Shown here: piece by piece, positions 1 through 14,825 of the stretch
How the letters are laid out: each line of letters opens with the position of its first letter
How positions within the stretch are numbered: position 1 is the stretch's first letter
NCBI RefSeq assembly: GCF_009914755.1
Contig: NC_060937.1
Origin: the human T2T-CHM13v2.0 reference genome, Homo sapiens
Direction: 5' to 3' (one strand)
DNA: 64,000 nucleotides
Made by a program: the position numbers and the translations under genes
The notes under the pieces: model-generated
Databases searched by the model: none
What the model was told of the DNA's origin: nothing
What the model saw: the letters and a program-made list of their open reading frames with translations, nothing else

Positions 1-749
1 CAAGTGGCCCATGAGCCCCCATGGTATACATGCCACTTGTTTGGGCAGAGGCTTCATAAGCTTTATCGGATCCTCCCAAAATGTCAGTGACGTGGGAAAA
101 GTGAGGAGCCGCTGCAGGAGATGTGCACACACGGCATTTTCTGCAGCCAGAAGAAGAAAGAGGTAAATGCCTGAGAGAATCTGAGGGCCTTGCAACCAGA
201 GCTGGCAGAAGGGCAAGAGGAATGTTAGAGGCGGATGATGGGTGGATGGAGCTCTCTAGGTGCAGAAGTCAGGGTAATAGACACTGCAGGCCAATGGATG
301 AATATAGGTTGAGACATGAAACTTCAGGGTGTGTGGTTCCTTTAGAATATAGCCATGCATTTTTGAGGAAGAAGGAGGAGAAAATGACTTTCCTTGCATG
401 GAATCAGAGCCTGATAGGCTTTGTACCTGGAAGCTCCTTGTTAGCTTGATGACAAGGCTCTGAATTATCTCCATTGTTTCTCTTCTGTCACATAGGAATT
501 CAGCATTAACTCTTAGGATCTTTCCTACAAAGTGCAAAGAGCCAGAGGAAGAAAATGAACAAAAACCATAGCAGCGCTTCTAGGTGCATACGTATAATGG
601 GAAATACTCAGATATACACTGTGACGTGTTAATGGCATCCTGGTCATAATATAAACAGCTATTTGTAAGTGGCTCTCTCCTGTTGACCAAGCACATTGAC
701 GTCTCCTTTCTCCCCCTGGACCCTTGCGTCTCAGTGAGGCGGGTAAAGC

Positions 750-897
750 AGGTGTTACCATCCCTATTTATTAATGAGCAATCTGAGACTTTGAGGGATT
801 AAGTGATTTTCCCATAATCACAAAAACTAATCAGTCTCAAAGTCAGGAATCAAACACATCTCCTTTCTCCAAACCCTGGATTCTTTCTATTATGCCC
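750..897 (-). mobile_element. MIR SINE fragment
   Basis: ccatccctatttattaatgagcaatctgagact...gattaagtgattttcccataatcaca matches the reverse-complement MIR core. Confidence 0.65.
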
Positions 898-3800
898 TTC
901 ATAGTCTCTGAAAACAATAAAATTAAAATAATGATACAAGGTCTCTGTTTGAGAAAGGAATTCCCCTCTGAAGTTAAACACAAACTCATTGCCAGGAAAA
1001 CATGTGGGAGGCGGACAGATAAAATTGTTTTGCCCATTGTCAATGTCCCACCAGACATCACTTTTGAAACAGAGCATGTTCTTCGTGTGCCCCCTGCCTT
1101 CTCCTCCTCTTTTTCTCCCCTTTCCTGGAAAATCCTTTCTACCCACCTGCCATAAAATACCTTCTGCAGTACCAGGGATGCACAGCACACGTGATAGACT
1201 AGGATTATTCCTCACATCCAAAACTCGTGTCTCCTCACTTTCCGTTTCTCTTTTTCTTGGCCTCTTTAAAGTTTTACTTGGGACTGAGTTCCTAATTACT
1301 GAAAAGAAATTCACACTGAAATTGTACTCACTTGCAGAGTAGCCCAGCATATTTTTTGTAGGACACATATGACTTGCTGGGGATGTGGACTTCAACCTCA
1401 TAAGTGGGGTGTCAGATGCCTGCCCCAGACCCACCAGAAATTAAATGGGTGGTGGGCCCTCACCTAGCACCAGGAACCATGCTAAGAACTGTACAGACAG
1501 ATGATCAGCAGTGATTCTCAATAGCGACCATGATTGGAACAGGGGAAAGACAGACAATCAAAAAGTCTTCATCGTTTGTCTCTACAGCAACTTTCTTTAA
1601 ACAGGCAAAAATCCATTCCTTTCTCAATTATGTGTACGTAGAAACCGACATCGGTAACAGCAAAGTGAGAAACATGACTAAATAAAGCCAGGGCTATACT
1701 CACAGCCCCTCAATAAATATTTGTTGGGAAAATATAAAGCTCATTGCTCTCGTGACTATGCTGTTCCCGCTAGGTCATGCCACTTCATTATTCTTTGAAA
1801 CCGAGGAGCAAAACCAAGCAGAAGGTTATGACTATTAAATATTTAGATCAATCTGATCAAAAAGGTACCCTATGAATTGCATGAACTGTCCTGAGAAATT
1901 ACCTTAACATATTAGCTGTAAATCTGCGGCAGCTAGCATGTCAGTCAGACCAGAGATACGTATCTAGCGTAAAGAGGTTATCATTTTTTAGATTAACCAA
2001 ATGCAACAAAGAAGCCTTTACAACCGGGATGCTCTATAATGCACCATCAGTGGGGAAAGGATCTATTGCACCTGAAATTCTGAAAATAAGGCAGACTTCT
2101 CAGAAGTGGATTCTCTTTCATAACCAGTAAATATTTTTCATACTATCAACCCACTAAAGCAAGCAGCTATTGTATATTGTGTCTCTACACTGGATTGCAA
2201 ATTAAACTCCCACTGGGGGCTCTAAAGAGAAATCCAGCCCTTTATCCTCTAAGCCACTCAGCAGCTCTCCTTAAGCAAGTTAATAAAGACCTTCCTGACT
2301 ATCTGCATCTCATTATTGCCACATAATACAATATCCTGGGGTTTTCTTCCTTTTGTGAAGAAATGCTTAGAAGCAACATGGTGCATGGAATATTGTCCTA
2401 AAGAGAGACTGGGCAGGTGCCATGCTCTTTCTCTCCTGAAGAGTATTGGAAGAGAAAAACCTATTTCCCAATTACCTACCAGTGTTTAGGCTCCTTATGC
2501 CTGACTTCAGTCATTTTTATGATTAATCCCCAGATTAGCCTACAAAATTTCACGCCATCGAGAGTGAGCTATATTCAATATCACTTCACCCAGTGCTTCA
2601 TTCCATGAATCAACACAGCCGTCCACCATGTACTCTGTGCAGAGCTTCTCAGGCCTTTACTGACTCCATCCTGGTTTCTCCTTGAAATCTTCAGTTTTCA
2701 TACTTAGACCCTGTACATGGGCAATTAGTGGCCATTTGCAAATTTAATAACACATGTTAATTATGACAATAAACAATATGATTCATTTCTCTCCTCCACG
2801 CAAATGACTAAGTTCTAAACTATGCAGAGCCCAAACAAGGTCAGACATGAACTAGATCCGAGACTTGCACTGATTTACAGCAGAACACTGACTGCGAGAG
2901 ACACCTGAGAATTTGTGCATTACCTGAAGTCCTAAAAGCCCAAAAAGAGCTTCTTCATACTGAAAACTCTGGCTCAAAATCAAACATAACCCTTCAAAAG
3001 AAATCTCCATTTTTAAGCAGGAAGAAGTGATATATGCACAATTGGTACATGAGGGTGTGTCCCTGAAAAATATGTATGTTTTGGATTTTGGCTTTATTAT
3101 TTTCCTTTTATGTGAAAAGCTGGATAAACTGGGAAGAAGTAAGTGAAAATGAGAAGACTTAGGCAAAGCAATGAGTGAAAACTTTCACCATACAGGCCTT
3201 TCCATGTCACTAAAAAGCAAACCAAAGCTCACAGCTATGAAGTTACTTGCTGAGGCCACATCCGTTTGGTGACGTTACATTCCCTTAACTTCAGCTCTCA
3301 GGCGAGATGACGTGCTGGAGGGGGTCAGACTGGCTTTAACAGCAGGATGGAGGGGACATACAGGAGTGCAAACAACCAACTTAAAGTAGGTGGCCTCCAT
3401 CGTACTTCTGCCAGTTCACAGATCCTTTCTTAAGTAAATAACCAGTGCCCAGCAGCAGATCCTATAAGGCAAAATAGCATACATTTTTAAAATTTTTTAT
3501 GAGAATTTGATTGACTCTGTCTCTTGGTATTTAACTACCTTTGTATATATTACCAGTAATAAAGCCCCCTTAGTAACAAAGTCCCCTTAGATTTTTAATT
3601 GCTAAATTGCCTTTCGAGTAACTATTTCAGTCTTTAAGGAAAGAGAAGCTACGGGACCTTGATTTCGGAGATAGGAGCACACTCTTGGTGTTGTTCTAGT
3701 TCCTTCTAATCACACCCTATTTGCACCACATAAACATTAGCACAACTAGAGATCTGGTTGAATCACTTACATGTCATTCCAGACAGTAAAACTCTAATCG

Positions 3801-4860
3801 TGAATATTAATTTCACTGATGTAGTTGCAGCTTAGTAGGGGGTCGCCACCATTCACTTACCCAGGCTTGAAGTTATCTCTAATTTAGAGGTTAGGGACAG
3901 TGACACAGGAAAGAGGCTCTGTGCTTTATATCTGGAGATGTGGGATCATAAAAACGTCTTTTTAATCTGATGATCATTAAAACACCCGGTGATGTGGCAC
4001 AGCTGCTAATCGGAATACATTTCCATTTCTGCGGGGATTGAGCATGTCTTCGGAACCCTCTGCAATAGCTTTAGAAACAAACGTTCCTTTTATCAGGTGA
4101 GAAAACTACCCTATGGCATGCCTCCGGATATGTAGTTCTTCCTAGGCTACAAAATATCAGAGGTTAACTTCAGGCAAAATGATAAAACTAGCAGTAGTAT
4201 TTCCTATTACTATCTGCAGTTTGCTTCAAAATTTCAAAAAGGTTTCGGAAAAATCACTAAATACGAAGGGCACACTTCATTCATTTATTCCAAGGAATCT
4301 ATTTGGTGCCAGACATTGCATGGAATTGTATGGATTTTTAAAATGAAATGTGGGCTCTCTCTTAAGCAGACCATGGCAAGGAAACTTGAAAACTCCGACG
4401 CATCCAGGGGACGAGACTCACATTTTACATAGAGATACTACTCGGGATTCACAAAACACGACGTATCCATGACGCTCGTTCAACACTGCATTTTTACTCA
4501 TGGTATTCTGTTCTCTTTCATTTTAAAGTGCGTGTCATGACCCACTAAATTGATTTCTCAGCTCACAAATATGTCCTCTGAAACACTGGTCTACAGGGGA
4601 GGATTTATACGGGCAAATAGGAAACAAAATCTCCAAAGAGAAAGCATCAGAACAAGAGGAGGTTGTCCTCTTGTGTGCTAGAAGCCACTGTGTGCCTTAT
4701 CCTGCACAGTAAAAGGATTTTTCAAAGGGCGTGATCAAATTATGTTTTGGAGTAACTGTATCAGAATAGCTATAGATATATAGATATAGAAAGGATAGAT
4801 TTTTTTCTTGCTATTTCTATGTTCATTTACATGTGAACCTACGTACTTTAGAAATGATTA

Positions 4861-5172
<312 letters not shown>

Positions 5173-6290
5173 TTAAGAAATTAACAGCTAGGCTAGGAGA
5201 AGGGAAACCCCACCACCGACCTGCCTGGCCACCTCATGGTGTCTTCCTGTGGTCCCTGGTGAAGTGTGAATCCACTGGAAGCTTAGGCTCAGCCTTTCTC
5301 TACTGCGTCCCAGTCATTTGTCCTTCCTGAGTGACTGGCACCTGCCCTGTGGCCCATCAGGGGAAATTGGGTCACGTGAGCACGTAAAGAATTAGTCACT
5401 CCAGCCAATCTACCACCAGAAAGAGATGCAACCGCTACGGCTATCAAAGACACGGTCCATGTAGCTCTTCCAGAATTTCGAGAAGAATTTGAATCTCCAT
5501 AGATATTTTAAATTTATTTTTCAAGGCCTCCGAGCTCCTGGCTGGGAGCCAGTGAGTGTGGGCAGGTGGGCTATGCTTCAGCTGGTGTCCACAGGTGCTG
5601 CCACACTCTTATTAAAATATGGAAATGTCTTGATGCCAGCTGGTGCAGGGCTGCTGCCCTGAGCTCTCAAGGTCCCCACGTCCATCCCACCGCCTTGGGT
5701 GGCCTGGCCCGGGCCTGCCACGTTTCTCCTTGGTGAAATGTTGACACAGCAAAATGCTCAAGGTCGATGACTCATGCTCGTTCCGATGGGCCCTGGTCTG
5801 TGTCTTTTTTTGTTATTAAGTACTTTAGATGGGTAAATTGGTAATGAGTTCTGAGCAAGGGATTTGAAAAGACCTCACATCCACCACTGCTGTAATTTTT
5901 CTTTTTCTTTCTTTCTGTTTTCTTTAATTTTTGCTGTTTCTTTTTTAGCAGAGGACAGGCACCACTAGCTTACCATCCAGGCTGTAGGTGTCACCAACAC
6001 GAAACACTCCCAACAGAAGAGCAGGGACGTTATCTTCTCACCTTTGCCTTCTGGGGAAAGTGAGGAGGAACCATTTCCCTCCAGGAAAACATATGTTGCT
6101 GACACCGACCGCGTACTTGGCCACACATCGTGGCTCAGGACTCCTGGATTTACGTTACCACCTGGCATTGAGGAAATGTAAAAATAACAGCAATATAAAT
6201 AACCTCATGACCTATAAAAGTATGCATGAGGAATGGGGCTCTGGGCCAAGCAGGCATGTTGTTTAGGTATTGCATACTCGGCTAATTATG

Positions 6291-6317
<27 letters not shown>
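6291..6317 (+). repeat. Poly(A)27
   Basis: Read directly; no Alu or L1 body attached. Confidence 0.95.
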
Positions 6318-6321
<4 letters not shown>

Positions 6322-8138
6322 CCCAAGTACAAGAAAAGGAAAGGGATTGAAGTGATTTTTTCCCCTTTATGGCAGGGACAGAATAAATGGGCAAAAAAGG
6401 ATTCAGTTAGTTAAATTTAAAAGGAAATTGGCACAACTTAATTTTCTGTGCATTTTTGGGTACTGAAAACCTTATTTATACTGACAGTCATTTTTTAGCT
6501 TTACTATCAATGCATTCTTCCCTTGCTCAGCACATATGTTGTTGAAGACATCGCTCTGTTTCCTACTTCAGTTGGTGTTTTCTAGCACAAACCATCTCCT
6601 TCGACTTGGCGGGGGGGTGGGTGACAAGAGTTAGGAGTGAAGGAGGAGCAGACATTTCCATTCCTCCCCGCTTAACCTGGAGGATAAGTATCTGCGGCAC
6701 TCGCTACCAGAGAAGAATGCTTAAAACATAAGTTCAAGAGGAATTTCGATCTACTCCAGGGTGGTGATTTCATAAGGGGTTATTAACAAGTAGGAAGGAA
6801 TGTCGGGAGCCCAGCCCGAGACATTTAAAGTCAGTAGAGGGCCGGGCAAATCCAGTTTCTCAGCACACGCAACCTTTCCAAGGTCTGCAGTGATGTATTT
6901 TTCTGTTTCTTAAGTAATCAATGCTTATAGAAATATGACCTGTCCACATAGTGTGGGTAACAGCTGTGTCACAAGAGTAACTGCCTGGGAACCCAGTTCT
7001 CTTCCCAGATCTCCATCACCACTAGACTCAGACGCCCTCTCTTGATATATTTCTGCAAGCGTTCACAAAGGGATGATAAAATCTGTTGCACGTTTTCAAA
7101 AGGCAATTAGAATTGTGCTGTTCAAAACATGCATAATTGCAGTGTGTCACCTCCATGAGTTTAACACATTTCCCCTGTAGCAGTCTCCACTCTCCTCACA
7201 TCCACCCATCTCCACTGAACTCTCTCTTCTTGAGTTTCAGATTAGCCTCTGTGGTTCTTTACATCTGAAATTCGTCTTTCTGAGAGGCAATAACACAAAT
7301 ATTTGGATTATGCTATCGTGGAAAGGAAAGAAAATTCTATCATGTAAAAGAAAAAACATATTATGTAAAAGAAAACAAATCACTTCCTAGAAGCTTATAA
7401 AGTAGGATGCAGGTCGACTTGAGAGGGGTGTCAAAGCCCTGTTTGCATTTCTTCCTCATGTGCAGTAATACAGGGTTTCAGAGAAATCTATATTTTAGAG
7501 ATTTAAAAGGAGTTGCCCTGTGTAACACAAACTAGATTTGGTTTAACACAAGCTAGACGCCAATTTCAGGTCGAAGTGCTTGTATCCAAATTTAATTACG
7601 CACCATCTATGTGTATCTGCAAGCGCTGTCGAGCTGCGACTTCTAAATTTTACAAACGAGAACTTGAGAAGTGGTGGGAGCCTGCCAGGCACCTCTCTCT
7701 GCATTTGTACTTTTCCTTAATGCCAAGTAGGAAAAAACAAGCACATTCCCTTCATGCAATAGCCTTTCTGAAGAGGAATTTTCCTATAGAGTTTCAGAAT
7801 GAGTTATAGCCAGTATGAGTAATGAGTTTAAAATGTATTTTCACATTTTTTATGCCTTACATAGCACTCTCAGTATTAAGTCAGCCAAACAGCTATAGTT
7901 TGTTTTTCTCCTGCGTTACTGAAACCCGGATCCCATCTCATAGGATTCTAAAATACACTCTAATCTGATCTCTAGCGCAGGTACCTAAGAGAAAAGTGGT
8001 GTTTTCAGCATCTTGTTGGGGAAACATTCCATGGCTCCTTTCTCTCCCCTGCTTCCTGGCCTTTCCCCAGCACTGACGCTGTCAGCCGCCCTGCGTGCCA
8101 CACAGTCCTGCCCTCTGCCAAGGCTCCTGGCCTGCAGC

Positions 8139-8194
8139 CCCTCCTGCAAGCCCACATCTGCCCTCCTGCACGCCCACATCTGCCCTCCTGCACG
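8139..8194. repeat. 22-bp tandem repeat, ~2.5 copies (ccctcctgcaMgcccacatctg)
   Basis: Units start at 8139, 8161 and 8183. Confidence 0.9.
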
Positions 8195-8479
8195 GCAGTC
8201 ACCTGGGCGTCCCCTCCTGCTACCTCCTCACACTCGAGAGTGTCTCTTCCTTGAAAATTTCTCCTTCCTGAGAGATTTTTAAGTCTCTCCTAGCTGTTTC
8301 CTTTCCAGTCCTAATAAATTCTCTTCTTCAAAAAATTGCCACTCAATTTAATCCTCAGGCCTGCGGCTGTCACTTCAAAGTCAACAAGTACAACCCCAGA
8401 TGCACCCTGCTCTTCAGGTGGGAGCTGCTGCTCTGAACCACGCCCCAGCTGTGGTCCCCATCAGGTCCCAGTTCTCCCG

Positions 8480-8760
8480 CTCAGTGGGATTGAACTCAGC
8501 TTCCTCCTGCCTTTCCACTCCTCCTTCTGCTTCCCCAGCCTCTCCCCTGACTCTCTTTCTACTTCTAATCTCTCCTCAAGGTCCATTCAGCTGTATACTT
8601 TCTTTGCTAGATTAGTATTTACAAAAAAAAAAAAAAAAAAAAAAACCTTATTCTTCACAGCATGCCCTTGCTCAAAATACTTGCTGGAACCCAGTCCTGT
8701 GATGCTCATAGACTCCAAAGCTCTCTGCTCCCACTTCCCGGTGCGGAGGTGTGGGCAGAG
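8480..8760 (+). mobile_element. Probable degraded L2 fragment containing poly(A)23 (8623-8645)
   Basis: Pyrimidine-rich; gcccttgctcaaaatacttgctgg...tccaaagctc resembles the L2 3' region. Confidence 0.4.
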
Positions 8761-10859
8761 CCAGCCTCCTCTCCCTCACGAGTGCAGTCAGCTCTGCCTC
8801 TGCGGCATTCCCTTCCTTTTCCCTCCCCCTCTCCACATTCCGTCCTCAACTCAAAATCCACTGCTTCTTCCTCCTGCCTACACAACAAAGGCTCACCTGG
8901 CTGCTCCAGCCCACTCTGACCTCTCCTAAGAATTCCTAGAGCATTTTGCAGAGCTCCCATCCCAGCCCCCTGGCCCTTTGCAACCTTAACACATGCCTTG
9001 AAGGCACCTTGAAGACAGTCCCCCTTAGAGCTGAGTCACCACAGAGAAGCCTGGGGAAAAGCACCCCTTAGAATGCACCCTGGATGTCCCTGTCACATGG
9101 GTTGGCATTATAAGTGTCAAAGGCTTTAACAAGTGAATAAAACCGTCAAAATTAGCTCAGCTGAGCAGGATGCGAGTCCCACAGTGATGCGTCAGATTCT
9201 TCATTCTTCTATACCCCTCAGGATAGATGTAGTCCCTTTTCTTCTTGCACTTACCCGGTCGTCATAAATTCTTGTCATCTGCCGTGCTCCATAACCCCTC
9301 TAAAATGTGAGCACTCAATGGATTGTTTCTTTCGGACGAATATTTCTTTAAGTTCTAAAGTAAATCTTAGCACCAGGTTTGGACCTTGTAGGACGTGAAT
9401 ACCTGTTGAATCAGTGGAGAGCTCCCTAGCTTGGGGGAGGAATATAGTTTGCTCATGGTCCACCCCTCTTCCTTTCTTCTTCATTCAGCTCTCATGTTCC
9501 CCAGAGTGGCCACTGCGCTCCAGGGCATCTCTTTGCCTTCCCAGGGCTGAACCACGTGCTGTCCGTTCTGCCAGGTTTCTTGTCACTCTTGGTTTGGAGC
9601 AAGGACTCATCTTAACTCCCATTATGCTCCCTGTCTTTCTCCAGCTCTCCCAGAATTATTCAAGGACATTTCTCTCTCCCCACTAAGAAACGTCTCTCCA
9701 CTCTTGCAGAGTTTTTGCATTCTTCCTTAAGAGAAGTTCCTCTTCTCGCCTTCCATCCTACCTCCCCCTCCCTCCACAAAATCCTTCCTGTGTCTCCTCT
9801 CCCAGACACATCCCTGATGTTAACTTATTCATACCTCTCCTGTCATGGCAAACTTATAAAACAGTCTTGTTACTGTCTGAGGAGTTGGACTTTTCCCATA
9901 AAACATTTCCAAGGTGAGCCGGAGGTGACGTTGCCTTTGTAGTCTCATCCAGTGACCTCACACCTATTTCTCCTCCCGCCTGTGAATTACTCAAAGGTAA
10001 AGATTTCATCATGTAGATTATGGCTAGAGGCTCTATGCCTGAGACCCATTTTGGTTTTTGTCCAGAGATTGAAGCATATGCAATTGGGGAAAGGTGAGCT
10101 TTTTTAAAAAAATAATAATAAAGATGAAAAATGAACATTTAGAGAGTTAAGTGGACATTTATTCAAAATGAGAAAATAAATCAAAGTATACGTTTACAAA
10201 GTATTACAAATGTTAACTGTTTGTACATTGCTTGAGTCCCTCCCTCGGCCTTGGAAGAGGCCTGGGGAAGATAGGGGTGCATGGAAGCCCCTTCACGTAA
10301 CTACGGGTCAACCCACTGTGCCCACTCCAGTCACCAGGATTCCAGAGTCACACTCAGCACAGCCAAAGCATGCCAACATTCATCAAATTGATTTTTATCT
10401 CCTGATATTACAGATTGTAAAGCAATGTAAAGTACAATTTTAAAAAACTATGTATGGACCTTGTGTCTTTGAATTCTCAAACCATGGGTCAGGAATCAGT
10501 TTCAAACAACCATAGGTCCTTTCTCTCATAAGTTAACAAGCTTAGGTAGAAAACAAACAGCTCCACTCCATTGCATAAAAGAAAATATTCACCTCATGCA
10601 ATGAGATATTTTCCTTATCTTATAATTTTAAATAAGTAAAGATCAGCACTCAAAGGTGGATTAACACTGAAAGTGCTTCCGTAAGTTGTCAATCTTGTGT
10701 GAATGGGGAAAAATGATCATTGTGGTGCGTGGCTTTACTGTACTTATTTGCATAAAATTTTCATTTAGTAAATGTGCAAGCTATTTTACAGGTATGGAAA
10801 GTGTAGCTCCTTTCAGAAAGAGAATTTCTATAGCAACATTATTAAAACTAATTTATTGT

Positions 10860-11372
10860 TCATTCATCTTTTTTCTTTTTCAACAAATATTAATTGAGTG
10901 CCATCTGTGAGCCGGGCTCTATTCTAGGCACTGAAAATACAACGCACATTGTATTTGCCCACATTCCAGAGGAAGGAGACACAAAACAAACAATTGGGCT
11001 GTTCTGTGCCATGCAGTGAGAAGGACTGTGTAGAAAACTAAAGCAAGGAGTGGGGACAGGAACTGACCTGGCGAGGAAGACAGGTGCTGTTTTTCAGAAG
11101 GTCATCCAGAAGGCCCTGAACACAGTGCAGCTGCCATGCCCTGCTGGACGCTGGAGAAGGAGAGAGAGGCTGGGAGGCTGACAGGGCCGGGAAGGCAAGA
11201 CCGAGGCCAAGGCCTAAGGCGTGTAAGGGGGGCTGGGGCCCAAGGCCAGCAGGAGTCAGGGCATGCAAGGTCCTCTCAGCCTCAGGAAGCCTTTGGATCT
11301 TAATGTGAATCAACTCAGAAAGCAGCAGAGAGGCTGGAGTCGGGAATGACATGATCCGACTTATGTTTTAAA
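10860..11372 (-). mobile_element. L2 LINE 3' fragment
   Basis: ttcaacaaatattaattgagtgccatctgtgagccgggctctattctaggcactg is the reverse L2 3' end; ends in gaatgacatgatccgacttatgttttaaa. Confidence 0.7.
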
Positions 11373-11373
11373 G

Positions 11374-11596
11374 CGAGGTTTCTCGGCCTCAGTACAATGG
11401 ACATTCTGAGCTGGATACTATAATTCTAGGTTGGGGGACCGTCCTGTGTGTTATAGGATGTTTTGCAGCATTTCTGGCCTCTGCTCACCAGACGTCAGTA
11501 GCACACCCCATCGCCCGGTTGTGACAACTAAAAATGTCTCCAGACATTGCTGAATGTCCCCTGGGGGTCAGAAAGCACCTCCTATCAAGAGCCATG
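11374..11596 (-). mobile_element. MER20 (hAT-Charlie) DNA transposon
   Basis: gttgtgacaactaaaaatgtctccagacattgctgaatgtcccctggggg is the reverse MER20 consensus. 8-bp TSD-like ttttaaag/atttaaaa. Confidence 0.88.
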
Positions 11597-12739
11597 ATTT
11601 AAAACAGAATCACATTGACTGGGAGTGATATTTCAGTTATATAAAAACTAGCACAAGACAACCGAATTTTTTGTATCAACATTTAGAGATTTGCTCTCGC
11701 TAGATTAAAATTCACCTTAAATGTACCTACACTGCAAACTTGTAATTAATAATCATATCTTAATGCAAAGGCCAAGACTTTATTTTTGAGTCAGATCCTG
11801 ATGTGATTCAATTCTCTCGTACCTGTAAAAATAGCACCGAGCCCGAGGTCACAGAGAAATCTTGTTAATAGGCCAAAAGAAAACACTGCAGGTGTCCAAA
11901 CCAACCCGTGTTTCCATGGACCCAACCACAGGATGCCACTGAACTACACAACCCCTTACTTCACTAGATACAGAGGCACAAAAATGTCTCAGACACACCT
12001 TTAAATATTATACAGGATGTACAGTATTCACTTCCTTACTTGTTTAACTAAATTCACTGAGAGTTTCAAATATTTTCTTTTGATGTGACTTTTCTTCATT
12101 CTCAGAACCCTGCTGGCCACTGCTTGAAGGCATGAAAAGTCTTGATGACTTTGTTTGCACTGTATTATTTCTAAAATTCTCCTGAAAGCATGCATCATGT
12201 ATATGCACTTTTAACAAAGACCTCTTCAGACTTAATGCCATTGTCCTCTTGATTTCTGATTGTTGTAATTCCCTCACTGCTGAAGTGCTGGGTAGTGGGA
12301 ATGCTTTTGACAAGGAATGTTGTGTGCTAAGCTACCACTTTACGGGAGAACCCAACCATCCAGAGTTTCTGCATTCAATCCTCAGTGTGTTGAATCTAGA
12401 AATTAACAAGTCAGGGCACGGCTGCTTTCACGTGTTTGGATCTAACTGGGAGAAGGGTGTTTATGAGCGGAGGCTGATGCATAATTCAGTAGAATGCCGC
12501 GGCTACTACAAGCAGAGGAGAACCCCAAAGTGGGGATGTCGATACTGAAGCCGCAGCACTATTGCAGCTGCCAGAGTGCAGCTTTGCAACCTACAGTTTT
12601 CAGTTCATTACCACTGAGGCCTGGGTGGTAAACTCGTCACAGGAAAGAAGCTGCCATATCCTATCCTTTACATCAACAAATGAAACAGTGAAGGAAAACT
12701 TTACATAGAGGAGCCAAGAGTAAAAGAATGACTGTGGGG

Positions 12740-12960
12740 GGACTGCTGAGCCCTCTGGGCCTCAGTCTGAATCTGGCTGCCTTGCCATGAGTTGTGAAAT
12801 GTTTACACAGAGATTAACTTCCCCAAGCCTCAATGATCTCATCTCGAAAATAGGTGTAATAGTGACAACTCTCCAGAATTGTCATGAGAACAGAGCTAAA
12901 CCAAGCACCACATCTAGCAGGGAATTGGCACCTAATATACACCTGGGTGATGGTAACTAT
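12740..12960 (+). mobile_element. MIR SINE
   Basis: ttaacttccccaagcctcaatgatctcatctcgaaaataggtgtaatag is the MIR core. Confidence 0.65.
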
Positions 12961-13189
12961 TGTAAGAGCAATGTGAGGAAGTATCATGCTGACCATTAGT
13001 TCTTATGCCTTACGTTAAGAAGGGCCTTTTCCCTTATTCCCATCCAGAGCCAGGCTTAAGTAGATAAATGTTTTTAAGATTTAAAAAATTAAAATTTAAT
13101 TATAAATTAAGATTTAAAAAACTAAAATTTAGCAGATAATTTAAGGATTTCAGCCTAACCTGTGTGACCGTTTAAAAGCATGTCATGGT

Positions 13190-13486
<297 letters not shown>

Positions 13487-13779
13487 CATGTCTTGGCTAT
13501 AGTTTAACCTGCCAATTGAAAAATAGAAATACGTTTAAACTTTAATTGCAAAAATGAGAATTTTGGCTGCAATTTAAATACATCAGTTGATGAGATAGAA
13601 ATCAGTTGTGAGGGAGGCCAGCCTGAAGTACTCAGACTGAGAGTCAGCAAGTGCCTTAGAGGATTCGTTTATTGCCACCAGGTGTAAGAGGACTGTGCTC
13701 ATTCAAAGCCTTGGGGAAGCCCTCACTGCGCTGAGAATAAAACCTCTCAGTTCCTCTTTGGTGGTTTCCCAGGCCCTGA

Positions 13780-14120
13780 CTCATTAGTACCTGGTTCCTT
13801 GAACATGGTGAGCTCTTTCCTGCTTTGGGGTATTTACACATGGTGTGGAGGTTGCCTTTCTAAAATCACGAGCTGAAATGCAACCTCATGGACCTCACCC
13901 ACCTTGCCTGGCTGCCCACCAGTGTTTTCCACTTACTAGGTTTTCCACGTAGCTGTGAGTCCACCACGTTTAATTATCTGCTTGTGTATCTGCTTGTTTA
14001 TTGCCAATCACCTTTTTGGGAGAGAAGCTCCCAGGTACCAGGCAGTGGTATTCATTATGTATCTCCCGCACTCAGTGAGTATCTGGCACATAGTAGGCAC
14101 CCAATAAATAACTGAATTAA
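13780..14120 (+). mobile_element. L2 LINE 3' end
   Basis: gagtatctggcacatagtaggcacccaataaataactgaatt is the L2 terminus. Confidence 0.7.
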
Positions 14121-14825
14121 AGAGTGCAAAAATAAAATAGATGAAAGCAACATAAAAGCAGGTGAGTACATCTTGAGCCAGTTTTAAAACAGAACCTGTT
14201 TTACTGGCATTCGGAAGCTTAACAGAAATAAAAAAAAGCCAAACTAGAGTTGACCACATTGAATAAGTATTCTTTCAGTTTCAGCCCATTCAATAATTGC
14301 TCATTGTCAAGAGCTAAAACAGTTAAGATCACCTGACTTTCACTTTTGTTGCCATTCTTGTACATGCTAACTTGACTGAAGGTCTTTGTTTTTTATGTAT
14401 AATGGAGTCAGGAGCCACAGTGGCTCGCTGGATCATTTAAATTTAAACTCTTCTGCCTAGTTTTCAAAATGCCGATAGTTTTGCCTTTATTCCATCTATC
14501 CAGCGTTTCCTGCTCATAAATCTTGACCTGCTTTCCTTTCTGGGCGAACAGGCTGTGCTCTGTGCTGTAAAGGAGAGGTCCCTGCGGGTGATCTGACCAA
14601 GGTCCTGACTGGTGGGTAGGAAGACTTGGGGTTGATGCGGGAGAGGGCTTGAGTGCACCAAAGCAAGAAAACAGGAGTCAATATGGAGAATTTGGATAAA
14701 CATGCATTGCTTGTAGTGCTATTTGAGGGTATGTCTCGAGAGGCAAGAGGAGATAATGTCAAGGTAGGAGTTAAGAGGGACCAAGTCAAGACCAGCCTTG
14801 AGAGATAAGCTCTGGGGAGATGGAA

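Noticed and set aside
850-1434. 194-aa - strand ORF and overlapping ORFs
   Set aside because: No recognisable domain, partly overlaps a MIR, non-ATG start; consistent with chance.
3828-3850. CTCF-like site ttagtagggggtcgcc (and a similar one near 23415)
   Set aside because: Several mismatches at core positions.
4400-4595. Possible hAT-Charlie/MER5-type fragments (also near 1400, 23370 and 48040)
   Set aside because: Only short motif resemblance; family and boundaries not supportable by eye.
8336-8929. 197-aa ORF
   Set aside because: Low-complexity C/T-rich DNA running through a poly(A) tract; TTG start.
13074-13131. Short AT-rich direct duplications (also near 7340, 27415 and 61273-61323)
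   Set aside because: Ordinary slippage products with no further structure.
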